64,000 nt of DNA from Marsupella aquatica (Eukaryota > Plantae > Marchantiophyta), in contig OZ316894.1 of assembly GCA_973895155.1 (NCBI GenBank), positions 3,744,944 to 3,808,943 of the forward strand. Direction: 5' to 3'. A program made the position numbers and the translations under genes. The notes under the pieces are model-generated. The model saw nothing but the letters and a program-made list of their open reading frames with translations. It was not told the DNA's origin and did not search any database. Position 1 is the stretch's first letter; each line of letters starts with the position of its first letter. This document shows positions 12,406 through 25,400 of this stretch, piece by piece.

Positions 12406-12991
12406 TTAGGAACTACTAGGTGGCCTGCACTTGTAGTTGGGAAAGAAAGGGTGGCACTTGCAATACAAAGACCCAAAAACTAGTAGAACAAATAACCTAG
12501 ACATGGAAAATAACTCAAGTGATAAGAACAATGATGAAAAGAAAAAAGTAAAAACAACCTCCAAACCTAGCTGTTGTTCACCAGGTAGCTCCCAAGTGGA
12601 CTGCCCTGCACTTGTAACTGCTGCCGGGAAGGGTGTTCTATCTGCAAAACTAGCAACATGTGCTAGTTTGCGATAGACAATGTACCTCTGTCTGCGGGGA
12701 ACAGTTTCAGTGTATGCCCATGCAGCACACATATGAAAAGCCTGAACTGTTGCGGGAGAAAGAGCCTGGGCAGAGTTGAGGTCAGCAAGGTTTTCGTCAA
12801 TTGCTGTGCAAAAATTTGGGAACCTAGCAACAATGTCTACATGTCTCAGAAGTCGGAATTTCCGACGTCCTGGTGGAGGAACTGGCCATGACAAGCGGTA
12901 TATGCCATCTCCATAGGATATCAATTCTGCCGGTCTGTTTTCATGCTCGACACTCCTACAACATGGCCAATTTAAATTCAATGTCATGCAA
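12406..12991 (-). CDS. KolX-like accessory protein (P2X7 C-terminal/ballast-like), main exon; probable upstream exon ending at 13285; 3' end uncertain
   Basis: RRQRYIVYRKLAHVASFADRTPFPAAVTSAGQSTWELPGE resembles the KolX motif RYxAYR...RxxLPxCVVxxIRxxFP. A donor at 13284 and acceptor at 12992 join YCHC...MNNL in frame to SCMTLNLNWPCCR, giving a CxC...C...CC cluster. Convergent with the transposase. Confidence 0.65.
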
Positions 12992-14888
12992 CTATAAACC
13001 TAGAAAAGTTGGGCAGGATACTAGTTGTTGTTCAATGAATACATGTTATATCTTAAATGAGATAATTAAACAAGACCAAACAACTATTATGCAAGACAGT
13101 GCATGATGGAAAGTAAATTGTACACAAACTCATTAAATTTGTGCATGTAAGACCCAAATACATGAGAAAAAATAGGGGCAACTTCTATGCATAAAAACAG
13201 GCCACAAGCAAAGTAGACATGAGCCAAAATAATTTGAAGGGGAATTAGCAATTTCTTCAATTTCTTTTGCAAGATAGAGTTTACCTAAGATTATTCATGC
13301 TGAGTGACCGGAAGGTCGATGAACAATGACAATACAACTGCACAGCATAAGGACGAAATGAATAACATAGTGGGTTGCAAAAGTGACTTGAGCATGCCCT
13401 TTCAAAAAAAAACCTCCTAAACAGAAAGAGTGAATTCAAGGCAACCAAATGAGGATGAGAATGAATGACTATATTCTTTGGTTTGGATCCAGACAACAGA
13501 CCATGTCGGCAAGGGAATATGGAGAGGAAGAACCAGGATCTGACAAGAAATCTTGTCTAGTTTGTAGACAGTAGAGAAGCCAGGGAGATCCGCAGGATTT
13601 TTGAGAGGGTGATCGGGAGCACTGTTAGAGTTCGTGTGGCCAACTAATTAACCAGTACAACATAATGTTCAAGTCAAGCCCTTTTTGTCGTCTACTCGCA
13701 ATCTAGTGTGCTATTGTTGATGGGTGAGTCTCAAACGAGATTGCAGGCGTTTCTCGGGTTCTGAGGCTTCTTGTTTTGGAGCTGCAAAATCGAGATCTTT
13801 GACAGTGAATTTTGAAGACAGAGACTTCTGGGAAAGTGCAAGACTTGTTCGATCGGGACCAAGGCAAGGGAAAGGAAGAACAAGAGATGGATGAAGTTGC
13901 AAAGATGAGCGCAGCAGAATAGAGACGGAAATGATGTGAAGTGTAAATCTTGTTCCATGAGCACTGTCCTGTTCAGGCTGACCTTTCAATTACAGCAATT
14001 ATCGAAGTTGCACTAATCGTTTTTATCCGAATTGACTTTCCACCTACTAGCAATTAATGAACGGCCGAGGCTCAATGAATGGTGAAACCCAATCAGTAGT
14101 GGCACCACCCCGGGGACCACTACAGAGAAAATAAATTAGCGCAGTTGGGTGGACTTATTCCCGACGTCTGGGACAAGATCTTGTGAATGGCAAATTGATA
14201 GTGTGACATATTCCAATTCTAAAACTTTCTCACAAGTGCAAGACGGGCCTGAAGGCCGAGCTCATTCAGTATGATGTCCACCTTGCCAGCCGAACTCGTC
14301 GAAATATAAACGTGAAGGTAACTCCTACTTCGCTGCTGCCGACAACTGAAGCTTGGCATGTGAAATCTCGATCTGTGGATGAACACTCTGCTCATGAAAA
14401 GCAGAATTTGCTGCGTAGTAGAATGGGTATGATAATTGCACGACTCGGCTGCTGAACAGTTATGTGCAGTAATATTGGTTCATAAGGAGTTCACGATCCA
14501 TTCTCCACTTGCACAACATGGGCGGAAGAGAGGTGCAGGACACTTCACATATTCAAGCAATCACGTTCCATGCTATTCAGCAGCATGGGTTCAGGAGAAA
14601 TGGTCGACTCATGTGGCTGAACACTTGCTGAACACTTGCTGAGCACCGGAGAGCAAGAATTGCTCGAGTCTGCTATTGACACTCGCGCAGCATGGGCGGA
14701 GTGAAGCTGGACCAGGACTTCCAATAACTCTCACGCCCTCCGCAAATCTAGTAGGGACACCGAGCGACATTTGCACACCTGACCCGTCCAAAAAGTATCG
14801 GCCACACTGACCGGCCAAAAACTGTCGGGGGATGCCCGGAGCTGGACATGCCCTAAATTAAGAAACCTGGTGGATCCAGGTTTCTTTG

Positions 14889-14903
14889 ATGGACAGTGGC
14901 GGT
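14889..14903 (-). repeat. Right TIR of the Kolobok-like element, with an 11-bp-stem subterminal hairpin at 14860-14886
   Basis: ATGGACAGTGGCGGT followed by TTAA; hairpin AAGAAACCTGG-TGGAT-CCAGGTTTCTT. Confidence 0.9.
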
Positions 14904-17107
14904 TTAAGACAACTTTGGCTAGCAAAAGAAGCTTTTGTGTTCCTTGTTTGATTTTATTGTTTGTTCTACTCAAACTATCATTGTCCTGTTTGGACAGGGG
15001 GCATCTGAGTCCTTGGGGTACCTTTAGGAGAGGGTGCCTTTGTGGGTGAAATTTTGCTGGCAATATTATCTTTCTTCACATTGACCAGCTGGTGGCTCTT
15101 CGTCATGTCCAGATTGTCTTCATGATATTGGTTTAATGCTTCCTCCCATGCCCATTGTACCTTCTTTGTGCTGTGCTTCCCACCCCCATATTTTTGTCTT
15201 TGCTCTCTTCATGTGACACCACTATGATTCATGAGGAGTTTTGGTTGTCTTATTAGCCCTGGAGCCCTTCATGGAGAGGATGGTTCTTTAGTTGCCTGAC
15301 AGACTACCTTGTCTCCTTCAGGTGGGGACTACATTAAAATAGCATTAGAATTGCATTTGGATTAACATACATAGTCCAATTGGGTTGCCAAACTCTCCCA
15401 CTTAGAGTGATCATAGTCTTTCATTTAGTAGACCCACTAATATTGAAACTAACCATTGAGGTATATGCTTGATATACCCCAGAACAAAAAGTGTTACTTG
15501 ATGGGATCCTTCAGTGATCCAAACCATTGACACACCTTAAATCAAAACCCAAAACCCATGGAGTTGATTTGGGAGAAACGTTTGGCATGGGGGCTCATCA
15601 AGCAAATACCTCATACTATTTGCTGTTAACTGCATTTCTTGCCAATACCAGAAATAACTCTTGCTACTTGTTATACATTTACTCTTTGGTCGATCTAGAT
15701 TTAGTATAGACCTGCAGTGAGTCTAATCATAGTCAAGTGCTTGGTTTAAGGTGAGATGAAGATAAAGGGAGAGCTTAGTCTATGGAGACTAGGTTATTTG
15801 CTTCCAACGCATCTGGGAACGCATCATGACCCAAGACAAACCAAGATTAGTAAGTTTTTGTGGAAGAACATTAGGGCATTTTAATCCAATTTGAGAAGCA
15901 TAAGAATTACAGGGATTTTTTTAACCAAATCTGGAAATGTTTTTAGATTGTAGAGTTTAGTGAAACTAGTTTGTGTGTTCCAATAATTGTAGCCTCAAGA
16001 GAGGTGAACTACATAGCTCTTGTGTGACTACTTATGTGTTAAATGTTACTCATGTGCATGCTATTGTATGAGTAACAGTTGGTTATGGAACACTACTCAA
16101 TAAAAATAATAAGCAATAAATTGTTCTTCGCCAAATCAATTGCTTTATTCATTCTTGTCCCATTATGGCATCATTAGCTCGTGAGCAAATAGATTTGTTT
16201 TTGTCCTGTTGCAAGGAAAAACATTCCTTGCATTATGACTTTTTTCATTGAGGAAAAGACCCTACATATCCATCACTTTTCTAACAAACTTATAAATTGC
16301 ATGAAAAATCCAGGAGAAGGAGAGGCAATAGAAAATAAAAAGCTGGGAATCATTCATTCAGTCTTCACGTGTCACAATATTAGGAAGGGATATTTATTCT
16401 ATTCCTTTGGGCACCTTGTTGGTATTATCAAAGCATCATCCCACCCTCCTAACCCTCGAAACAAAATAATCAGGCATCCCTCAAATCCCCAAAGTCGGTG
16501 ACTTTTTCCTGTATCTTGTGACTAAATTATTCAAATGCCTCAGAGGCAAGCTCAAATGAGGGAAAATACATGGGACCCACCTAACCCACCTAAATGTTTA
16601 TATATAAATATTAGGTATTGGTATTTGTTCCCCTGATTGTTTTTGTATCATTTTCACCAGGAGTTGGGAAGGGAGGATTTTGGCCCTATATAGCCAAGTA
16701 AAAAATCACTGGCAATAGGGCTTACCGTTGTAGTGTCATCCTGACTTGTGCAATGAGTAATAATCATTAAAACTTTATATTTAAGTACATTGTACCCATT
16801 ATGAAACATCAAAATAATTTTGTGATGCAAAGTGAAGACATTATGAGCCTGTAGATGTGAACACTGAAGTCACAATGTCTGGATTATTTTTAAAACAAAA
16901 AACAAACAAAAACAAGAGAACATGATTGCATTAGGTTTCTGATAGTATTAAAATATACATATTAAGTAGAGTGTACACAAACTAATTTACTTGTTTCTTT
17001 AAATCTCTCCTCCCATTAGTCATTGTAGGTTGTTGCCAAAGCTCAAGATGACCAACCACTAATTAATGTACCTCCACTTAGTCAAGCTTTGAGTATCCCT
17101 TTTACAG

Positions 17108-17841
17108 TGTAAAGCCCAATGCCTTGCATTGGACAGATCGCGTCAAGGTGAGACACATATGTCTGGGTAAGACAAAGGACAAGCCAAGGAAAAACTGTCA
17201 GGCAAGTTTAAATGGTTAAGGCAAGTGTTAGGATTAACTCTTAGGTCTAGAGTTACGTCTATACCACAGTTAGGGCTAACCTTAGTCGCAAACTAGGTTA
17301 GGTTAGTCATGTTGTGCACTCTATATCCCAAACAATTTTTGCTTTGATAGGAGGAACTCAGGCTCATTGTTATGGACCCATTTGAGAGATAAAAAGAGTT
17401 TATGTTGTGGATACTTGGTATGGCCGGTCAGCCTAGAGTGTAACAAAGCTCTTGAATGTGTGTTGCTGTGGATGTACCCTCAGGGGGAGGTGAGTCATAT
17501 ATCTCTCTATGTCAACTACTTGATTGCAAGCTTGATCATTGGATTGTTATGGGCATGCCATTGTGAATGTCGTCTTTGCTTAACACAAAGATGTCAGGAT
17601 GAGGCAAAGATGCCAAGCAAAGGAAAAGATTGAGACAAGGCAGACATGTCAAGGAGAGGCACTGAAGGAAATGCTATCGGTTGCTTTGGTGTGTTGTTGT
17701 GCTTAACTTATCAAGGGCTTTGTAATTAGTCATGATAAGAGCATTGCTTTGCATCTTAATTATCGCATGGGTAAGCGCCTCCGCTACCACATTCTTTTCC
17801 TTCCTATTTAGGCTTTTGCACTTGCACTAAAGAGACTTACA
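17108..17841. mobile_element. Possible degenerate LTR remnant
   Basis: TGTAAAG...CTTACA ends; no matching TSD and no partner copy. Confidence 0.3.
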
Positions 17842-18533
17842 GTGGTGAGTTCATAGTCATGTGCTGTTGCTGCGCTCTGCACTACACTACTCCCCGCACT
17901 ACTCAGCCTGTACTTGTGAGTTTGTATGGCAACACCTGCCTCCCTAGCTGCCAGGCTTGCACATTGGGTAGTCTGATTTGGTCAGGCCTTGGTTCCGAGC
18001 CTCTCCACAAGATTTCATTTAATGTTTTGTCTTGAGCTCTCTGAACACAAAGACGGAATGAATGATTGTTGGCCATTATCTCCTGTTCTTGCCATTTTTT
18101 TTTGTCTTGCATGACGATGTGGTACAGCCGTCAAGCTTGCCCAATTTCAGTTACATTTCTCTTTCGTACGTACGATAGAAATTCCATGTAGTCTCTCTCC
18201 GTTATACTTTTCCCGCTCACTATTGCTGGATTGTAGGCTGGTCTCTCTGCTGCGGCCCTGATTATGGGCCGGCTCTGCAATCTTGCTGTATTGTGTGACT
18301 AATACCAAAGCAACCCAATTTTGAACCGGAGAAGATAAGTTCCTTCTAAGCTATGATGGCCACTCCACCCATTGGTTGCTAGCAAAAGTTATCATATCAA
18401 ATTATTAAGAATTCTTGAATCGTGACCATCAAAATCTAAGAGGGATGGGAGAAGCTCACTCAAATTTATAGCGTTTAGCATGCTTCCTGTCAGGTTCCAG
18501 AAGGGCAAACATCACACCAAAACATATCAAATC

Positions 18534-19465
18534 TGTTAGGATTTGACTTGAGTTCCTGGATTAGTTAGTTTGGCCTTACAAAGGTTAGTTACCCCTACAT
18601 TACATTATGATAAGATCCGCTTAGTTTAGACCCACACATCTCGACCCCCTTAGGGTGTATAGGTTAGAGGGAGTGCATTATCTCCCTGGTTCTTCACATG
18701 TACTTTCTTATGAGCTATGTATCCTTTAGGACTTTCTCCTCGTGGTGTCTTGTTGGTGTAGTGTGAGATTGAGTGCTCTCAAGATCATAGAACACGGCCA
18801 CAATTGCAAGTAAAACACGAATAGTAGCGAACCTTTGCTGGAAAGGCCATAGCTTCTTCATAGCCAGAGGGATCTCCATCCTCAATGAGCAAAATAACAC
18901 CGGGATCATTGTTGTGCTTAGCAACGTGAACACGAGGATCTGCAAAACCACATCTATCAAAGGGTGACCAAAATTGGCTCTTGTGGAGAGCCTTGGTTGA
19001 GGAACTGCACTTCTACCAGAAGGACTAGTAGCTTCCTCATCATCACCAAGCTCCACAGTAGCGGGTGCCTCCACTTGTTCCTCCTGATTATCTCGGGGTC
19101 GTGACAAACATTCTTTGTCAAAAACAACATTTTTGCTCACAATTGCATTGCAATCGACATGATCCCACAATTTATAGCCCTTCTGTCCAGGACTAAAGCC
19201 TAGAAAATTATATTTCTTAGACTTGGGATCTAACTTAGACCTGTGTGTTTGTTCAATATGAACATAGGTAGCACAACCAAAAACTCAGAGTCTAGAATAA
19301 TCAGCAGGTTTCTTATACCATAATCCAAATGGAGTCTGCATTAACTTACTGATACCACTTGTAAAAAATTGTCGGCTCCAAACTAGACAACAATATGGAA
19401 CATTAGAGCACTCAATCTCACACTACACCAACAAGACACCGCGATGGAGAAACTCCTAAAAGATC
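18534..19465 (-). mobile_element. Degenerate, internally deleted copia remnant between LTR fragments in opposite orientations
   Basis: Minus strand encodes VFGCATYVHI..RSKLDPKSKK..FLGF..GQKGYKLWD..IVSKNVVFD (copia SH3-like region) and FATIRVLLAIVA (RT fragment). PBS TGGTATCAG at 19349-19357. About 18744-18779 is the reverse complement of about 19405-19440. Confidence 0.8.
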
Positions 19466-19637
19466 CTCTCACTCTCTTGGACTTATGGATAGTGAGCCAA
19501 GTACAAGAGATGGATTTCTCCATAAAGATCCTCTCACTCTCTTGGACTTATGGATAGTGAGCCAAGTACAACAGATGGAAAGGACAATGATTCAATAAAC
19601 AAGTTGACAGAAGTGTTACTGGAGCCCACACATCAAC

Positions 19638-19639
<2 letters not shown>

Positions 19640-19679
<40 letters not shown>
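19640..19679 (+). repeat. (GA)n microsatellite; others at ~20482, ~27728 and ~44051
   Basis: Direct reading of the sequence. Confidence 0.95.
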
Positions 19680-19682
<3 letters not shown>

Positions 19683-19830
19683 CAGACGACAACATCTCCT
19701 CATTAAAAAACTCGTTTGTAGCCATTTGCAGGTATCCAGATTCTAGTCCTGTCTCCTTCTCTGCTATCGTGAGCTCGAGTGCGCGAGCAAGACCAACCAT
19801 GAATAGAGACTTGCAGAGGACCCGATGGGA

Positions 19831-20027
19831 GACCAGGCCTCTGGAGTGAGTAGAGTCACTACTACATATTTGGCCAATTTGCCAAGGAGGTTAGGTTTGT
19901 TTGCCCCTCAGAGATTTGCCATTCCTAACCAGGCCTGTGGAGTGAGTAGAGTCACTACTACATATTTGGCCAATTTGCGAAGCAGGTTAGGTTTGTTTGC
20001 CCCTAAGAGATTTGTCATTCCTAACCC
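19831..20027 (+). repeat. ~98-bp tandem duplication (2 units)
   Basis: ACCAGGCCTSTGGAGTGAGTAGAGTCACTACTACATATTTGGCCAATTTGC...ATTCCTAACC occurs twice. Confidence 0.9.
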
Positions 20028-20481
20028 ATTGCAACATTTGCAAAACAACACGAGAGAGAGGAGAGAAGCCAGAAGAAGAAGGTGAGTGATGTGCCCGCAG
20101 CTGACATAGCAAGATCCCGGTACGGTGACCAAGATACTCGAAACCAATGGAGGACAAATCTCACGCGATGTATCGATTGGGCAAATTAGTACTTTTCAGG
20201 CCGTCAATGGTGAACTTTGCAGGTTGGACCTCAGATCCCCCGGCCAAGATTGAAAGATGCTCGAACATGTTCGATTGCTGCCAATTCGATCCTTTCTGCG
20301 TTGTTCCACACTGTGTTTGACCACCACTGGTATTGAAGGAAAACAAAAGAAGGAAAGCATGTCTCCATCATGGCTTCTAATTAATTGGGACCAGCCAGTC
20401 AGTGCTCGGGCGAGCAGAGGCACCAGCTGACCAGCATCAGCAGCAGAATGATGATCTGACAGTGGGTGGGAGACGTGCGTG

Positions 20482-20514
<33 letters not shown>

Positions 20515-22448
20515 CGCAGCTTCACCAGTCCCCCATGTCTCCTTTTCCAAATTCCGATCTCTCTTTCGACTTAGTCTATTCTCACCACGCCTCCCGGCTG
20601 AGGAGGACATGGACCAGGGCAACGGGGGAAAGACTGAGATGAGAGATCGGGACAGAGAAATCCGGAGAGCAATCACTCACACGCTTGTGCGTGCTGACTG
20701 CAGGCAGAATCAGAGTACGTAGGCCATACGAAACTCTGATCCACTCTGATCCACTTCTCTATTGCTGCATTTGCTGGTCTGAGTTATTATTCATTACGAC
20801 AGTACCAGCTATGGAGTAGATGATCATAGGTAGGTACATACATGTCCGTAGTTCCGCGACACGACATAGTGGTGTACATAACACACAACCTGCAGTGGGT
20901 AACATACTGGCGAAAAGGTTGCACTTTCTCGTCAGATAATCAGTCAGATTTGCTGCTCCATTGCATGTGTAGCTAGGTTGACGTTGAAGTGCAAAAGCGA
21001 AGGCTATTGCAGTAGCAGTCGCTACAGAATGGTACTGTACTGCAGCTCCCTAGAGCGAAAGAGCTCCGCCATCCACCATCGTAGGGAGTGGGAGACAGAG
21101 AGATGGGAAAGGGAGCTGGTAGGAAGGCAACTTTTTCACCTTTCTATCTTAGATTTCAGGATGGTCAAGCAGAGGGGAGAGATTATTGTGGTGGGGGCCA
21201 ACCCGGGACCGAGGAGCGAATAATGAAGGCTTGAATCAAGAGTCCACTCCACTACACCGGAGTAGACCGTGAGACCAGAATTTGTGAAGCAATGCCTTTC
21301 AAGAGTCGATAGTCACGTATCGCAATGGTTTGGTAGGGCCGTGATTTTAGTGAAAGGGCCTGGGCAGTTCAGCTCAGGGCGAAGTACGTTACGGCAGCGG
21401 AAGGATTGCATTACAATGCTGCACTTTGGGAGACGATTCTACCCAGGGTGGTGCTGCTGGTGCACATGATTGCGTACTTGCGTGATCGACTAGCAGACAG
21501 GTTCAATTGCAATCACGCTGTTGTATCCGATTGGCGACCACAACTGTCGCTGTGTGGTGGCCAGCTTAGGCTGACGATCAGAATCGTGCAGAATTGGACT
21601 CCCTTTCAGATTGTCCATCCCTCATTTTTCTCCACTGCAGTTGGAGAAAATCAGTCCCGTCGTTGTTGCGTGTGTACAACATGTGAGGCAACTTTCCATA
21701 TTTTGCGGAACATTTTCTTCCAGGTTTTCATGTACTTGCCACCCTAAACTGTGAGCAGATTCAGGTTATATTTTGGAACGTTCCGTTGCATCTACATGCG
21801 GAATGGCTGAATTTGCTGCATTTTTGGTCCATTTTCCCCGTCCCTCATTTCGCGAATGCGAGCATTTTCTCTCGTCGCATAGCATAATAATCGGGTTCAA
21901 TCCATGTGCAAAATCTTATCCGTTTCATTGCTACCTCTTGCCAGTAATTACCGACTCACAACGAACTCACATCACCGCTATTCATCCTTCCGTGAATAGC
22001 GCTATCAGCCAATGGAAGGGCGAAACAAACATATTTAATTCTAGTCTAGATAACTAAATTCTGAACTAAGTCATTTGACCCTGGCTGAGAACCGCAGCCT
22101 ATTCAAATGCTGAACAAAGATACTTGCTTCTAGTTTAAATAAAAGAATTTGCCAATCGAAGGGCTGAATAAAGATATTTGATTCTGGTAGTATACAGAAC
22201 TTGACGTCAAGCCATCTGTCACTCACGATTGGGTAGCCAAAAGGAATGTCGGTGATCCTGAGCCGCCCTTGACTGATTGATGGTTGGTCTCAACCATCAA
22301 TCCACAAATGGGCTAGGCAATTCCCGACAGCAATTTGGTAAATAGGCATTGATCTTTTTACGGGGACGAGCTTTTGTGAGTCACTTATAGACCATATCAT
22401 TGGTTCAGCTGGTCTCTGTTGGGATGCAGTCGGTCCTCTCATCTCCAT

Positions 22449-25400
22449 TTAGTATAACAAGAAATTTACAAGGAGCCCTAGGAAGGAAACAGAGAGCAGT
22501 GGGACAGATATCCTTTGTGCTGCGCTAGTTCCTCGTCCTGGACCTGGTGCAGCATCAACAGAAGGTGGGACTGCTCCTGAGACGGGAGTAGTTGAACCGG
22601 AGGTCGGAGCAGGTGAGTGGGGGGTACTCGGAGACACAGTGGGAGCCATAAGAGTGGAGGAAGTCTCAGAAGTGTAGCCTGGAAAACCCAAATTAGTCAT
22701 CCACAAATTAGTCCACCTTTCATTGCCAGTACGACAACAGTAGCTCCAGTTGCAGGGCTTCAAGAATAGATTGATATGGGAAATTAATCGGTTGCCTTTC
22801 TACCATTTGAGACACTTAGCTACCAAATTGAGCTCTAGTTGGCTTGACCTTCCCTAAAGCAGGGCATCTTTTCTTCGTTAAAACTGAGGTCGTGTGTTTT
22901 AAAGTAAAACCTAAGACCTGTTGCACAATGGTTCAAGAGCAAAAGGAGCTTACAGCCCGATTCTTCGAAGCCCAAAGTTGAGTCTCGGCGGTTGAAAATG
23001 AGATTATGTCCAACCATGAAATTCGCTGCAAAAGTGATGAAAGTCAGAGTGTGAGTGGTCATTGAAGGCACTAAGGTGCTTGGAGCAAACGAGAGCAAAA
23101 GAGGTTGAAATTCAGACAAATAAGACACCGACTTCTGAAACACAAGTCTCTTAAAATCTTTAGAAACCGCTAACCTCCAAAAATGCTCATGGAACCTCCA
23201 TCCAGAACTGCAAGGCAAAAGCCAACCAGGGTTCTAGTGCTCTGCAGTCACCGCGAAAAGAAGGGGTCAGAGATATTTGACGCAAATTCCGGCACATAAA
23301 CTGTGCCCCAGGGTCTAAATCTTCCCAAATCACAATTATCCTTGAAAACCATCGGCGTCAATAAAAATCACAACAAGCGAACCACCTAATCTCATCCCGT
23401 GTGTTAATGTGAATTAAGCTCTTTTGAATCATAATCAATAGAGTTCTTGTAAAAAAAATCAGAACGCACAAAATTCAGTTTGAGAGCATTACTTGTAAGT
23501 AATATGGTATCAAAGGATAGCTAATTTCGAATAAAGCCGCCCCACTCAATTCGAAAACAATGAGGGGAATTTCCACTTGTAAATCACTGCAACAAATCAA
23601 TGGCAAATCTCAGAAATCCGCCAAAAACTTCCGGGAACATCAAAGCTGACAAATGAGGAAAACTGAGCATACATGTCTCCCAGACAGGAAAGGCACAACC
23701 CACCTTGTTTGGTAGCAGGCTTCAAAAGTTTGATCAAATACCGTTTTGTTGTACTTTGTGACCTGTCTGGCAAACTGGAAAGAAGAGTTTGTCAGATGCA
23801 TGTTTAAGCTACAGGCGTCCACAGGTTCATAATTTGGGATCCTTACGGAACTGTGAAAGGCATGTGCATAGAACCCACGATTTAGGCGACTTACTGCATC
23901 AATGACAGCTGTGTAAACAGTTGAGGTCAGAAAGGTCGTAGTAGTTCCCGTGTCAAACAGGCTCACTTCGTTGACAGGTATGCTCTGATTCCCAACTTTG
24001 ATTGAATCCACTCCAATGTTGTAGTGTGGGTACCTGCAAAGTGAGTCGTTGAGATGCACATTTTTTTTCCGACGGCTATAAAAAACTGCAAAAGTTTATT
24101 TGTGCCTCAACTGGACAAGTCAGCCGTGTAATACTCTAAAGAGATGCAAAACATATGAGGTTTACTCCATCTCCGCGATAGTTACTAGGAAACTGGTCAT
24201 GAACAAAAGAAATTGGGATTCCTTGACCATTGGGTTTGCACTCCCAACAAAAGCACAACTATCTAGAAGCCAGCGACCGATCACTCAATGACTAAACTAG
24301 CTACAAGCCAACATGTCACTCAATGAATACCCATGCAAATATAACCTTAATTGAGCATTCTAGAACTCAGAGTAGGAAACAAGTGAACGTCAGGGAAACA
24401 TCTCTCCCAACTTCCTCGAAATGGTAGATCCTTCGTGATTTAGTCACGTGACTATTGTCTGTTTTCGTTGAGAAATGGATTAGATAATATTATTCATGAC
24501 ATTACTCTGCACAGGATGGAAAGTTTATAAAATCTCATACGTGGAATTGTTGATCTCTTTGAAAGGAGTTGACGCTACTGCGGAAGATCCAAAATCTCCA
24601 AATACAATTCTCCCAGACCCATCGACAGAGAAGCACATTGAAAATGAGTCCCCTACAAGTCCAGACTGAGCCAAGATAGAAGGTACCGAGTACGACTGGC
24701 GGCCCAGCCCCATCAGGCCATCCGGGACACTGGTACCATCCACCAGAGACCCAGTTTGGGTCTGACCACATCTGCGAGGGCAACAACAGAAAAAGGAGTC
24801 ATCAGTATTTATGCGATCATGATGCAGTCTCGATACACGTATGGTGAAAAAGTGCAACAATGAAATTGTTCAAAAGTTTTTCTCCAATTAACAGTGCAGG
24901 TTAGTCCAGTATTTTTTAACAAGCATGCATTACGGATATGATGAAAAAGAAGGCAGACCACAACTTGCAACCATAGATGCCAGTTTTTCAGTCAGAGCAA
25001 GCGCTTAGGCCGGCATGTGCAGCCGAAGTTCCCACCCGAGAGATGAGTCTTACCCGAGAATAATGGATGTCGTTATGTCTATCTGAGCGCCAATGTTAGA
25101 CGTAAGGTGAATGTCATCTTGATAAACTGTACCGCTTGTCGTCGTGTTAGCAGTCGCGTAGGCAATACCGTATTGGCACTGTCCGCTGTTTGGGAGATTC
25201 TGATCTTGGCACGTCGAAAAAATTGACGAACATTTGCTGCTACCGCAAGTCAGAGCTTTGCTAGTGGTGGATTGTGAAGGAGCGTACACATTCAACGACG
25301 GCTGTAGCCACGCACAAGTCAATTATGAGAAACTCGAAGCCAAAATACATTGACTCTCCAGACGATCAATGGATAGGCAGCAAGCAGACCAGAACGGCCA

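Larger units (their letters stand above)
113..14903 (+). mobile_element. Kolobok-like DNA transposon (TIR-bounded, TTAA target) with transposase and convergent second gene; ~9.75 kb without the nested copia
   Basis: TTAA (109-112), then ACCGCCACTGTCCAT (113-127) ... ATGGACAGTGGCGGT (14889-14903), then TTAA (14904-14907): a perfect 15-bp TIR. Encloses a Kolobok-type transposase (+) and a KolX-like ORF (-) arranged tail-to-tail. Confidence 0.85.

Noticed and set aside
21042-21118. CAGCTCCCT...AGGGAGCTG as a possible miR319/159-like hairpin
   Set aside because: Only 9 bp pair and no recognisable mature miRNA sequence is present.
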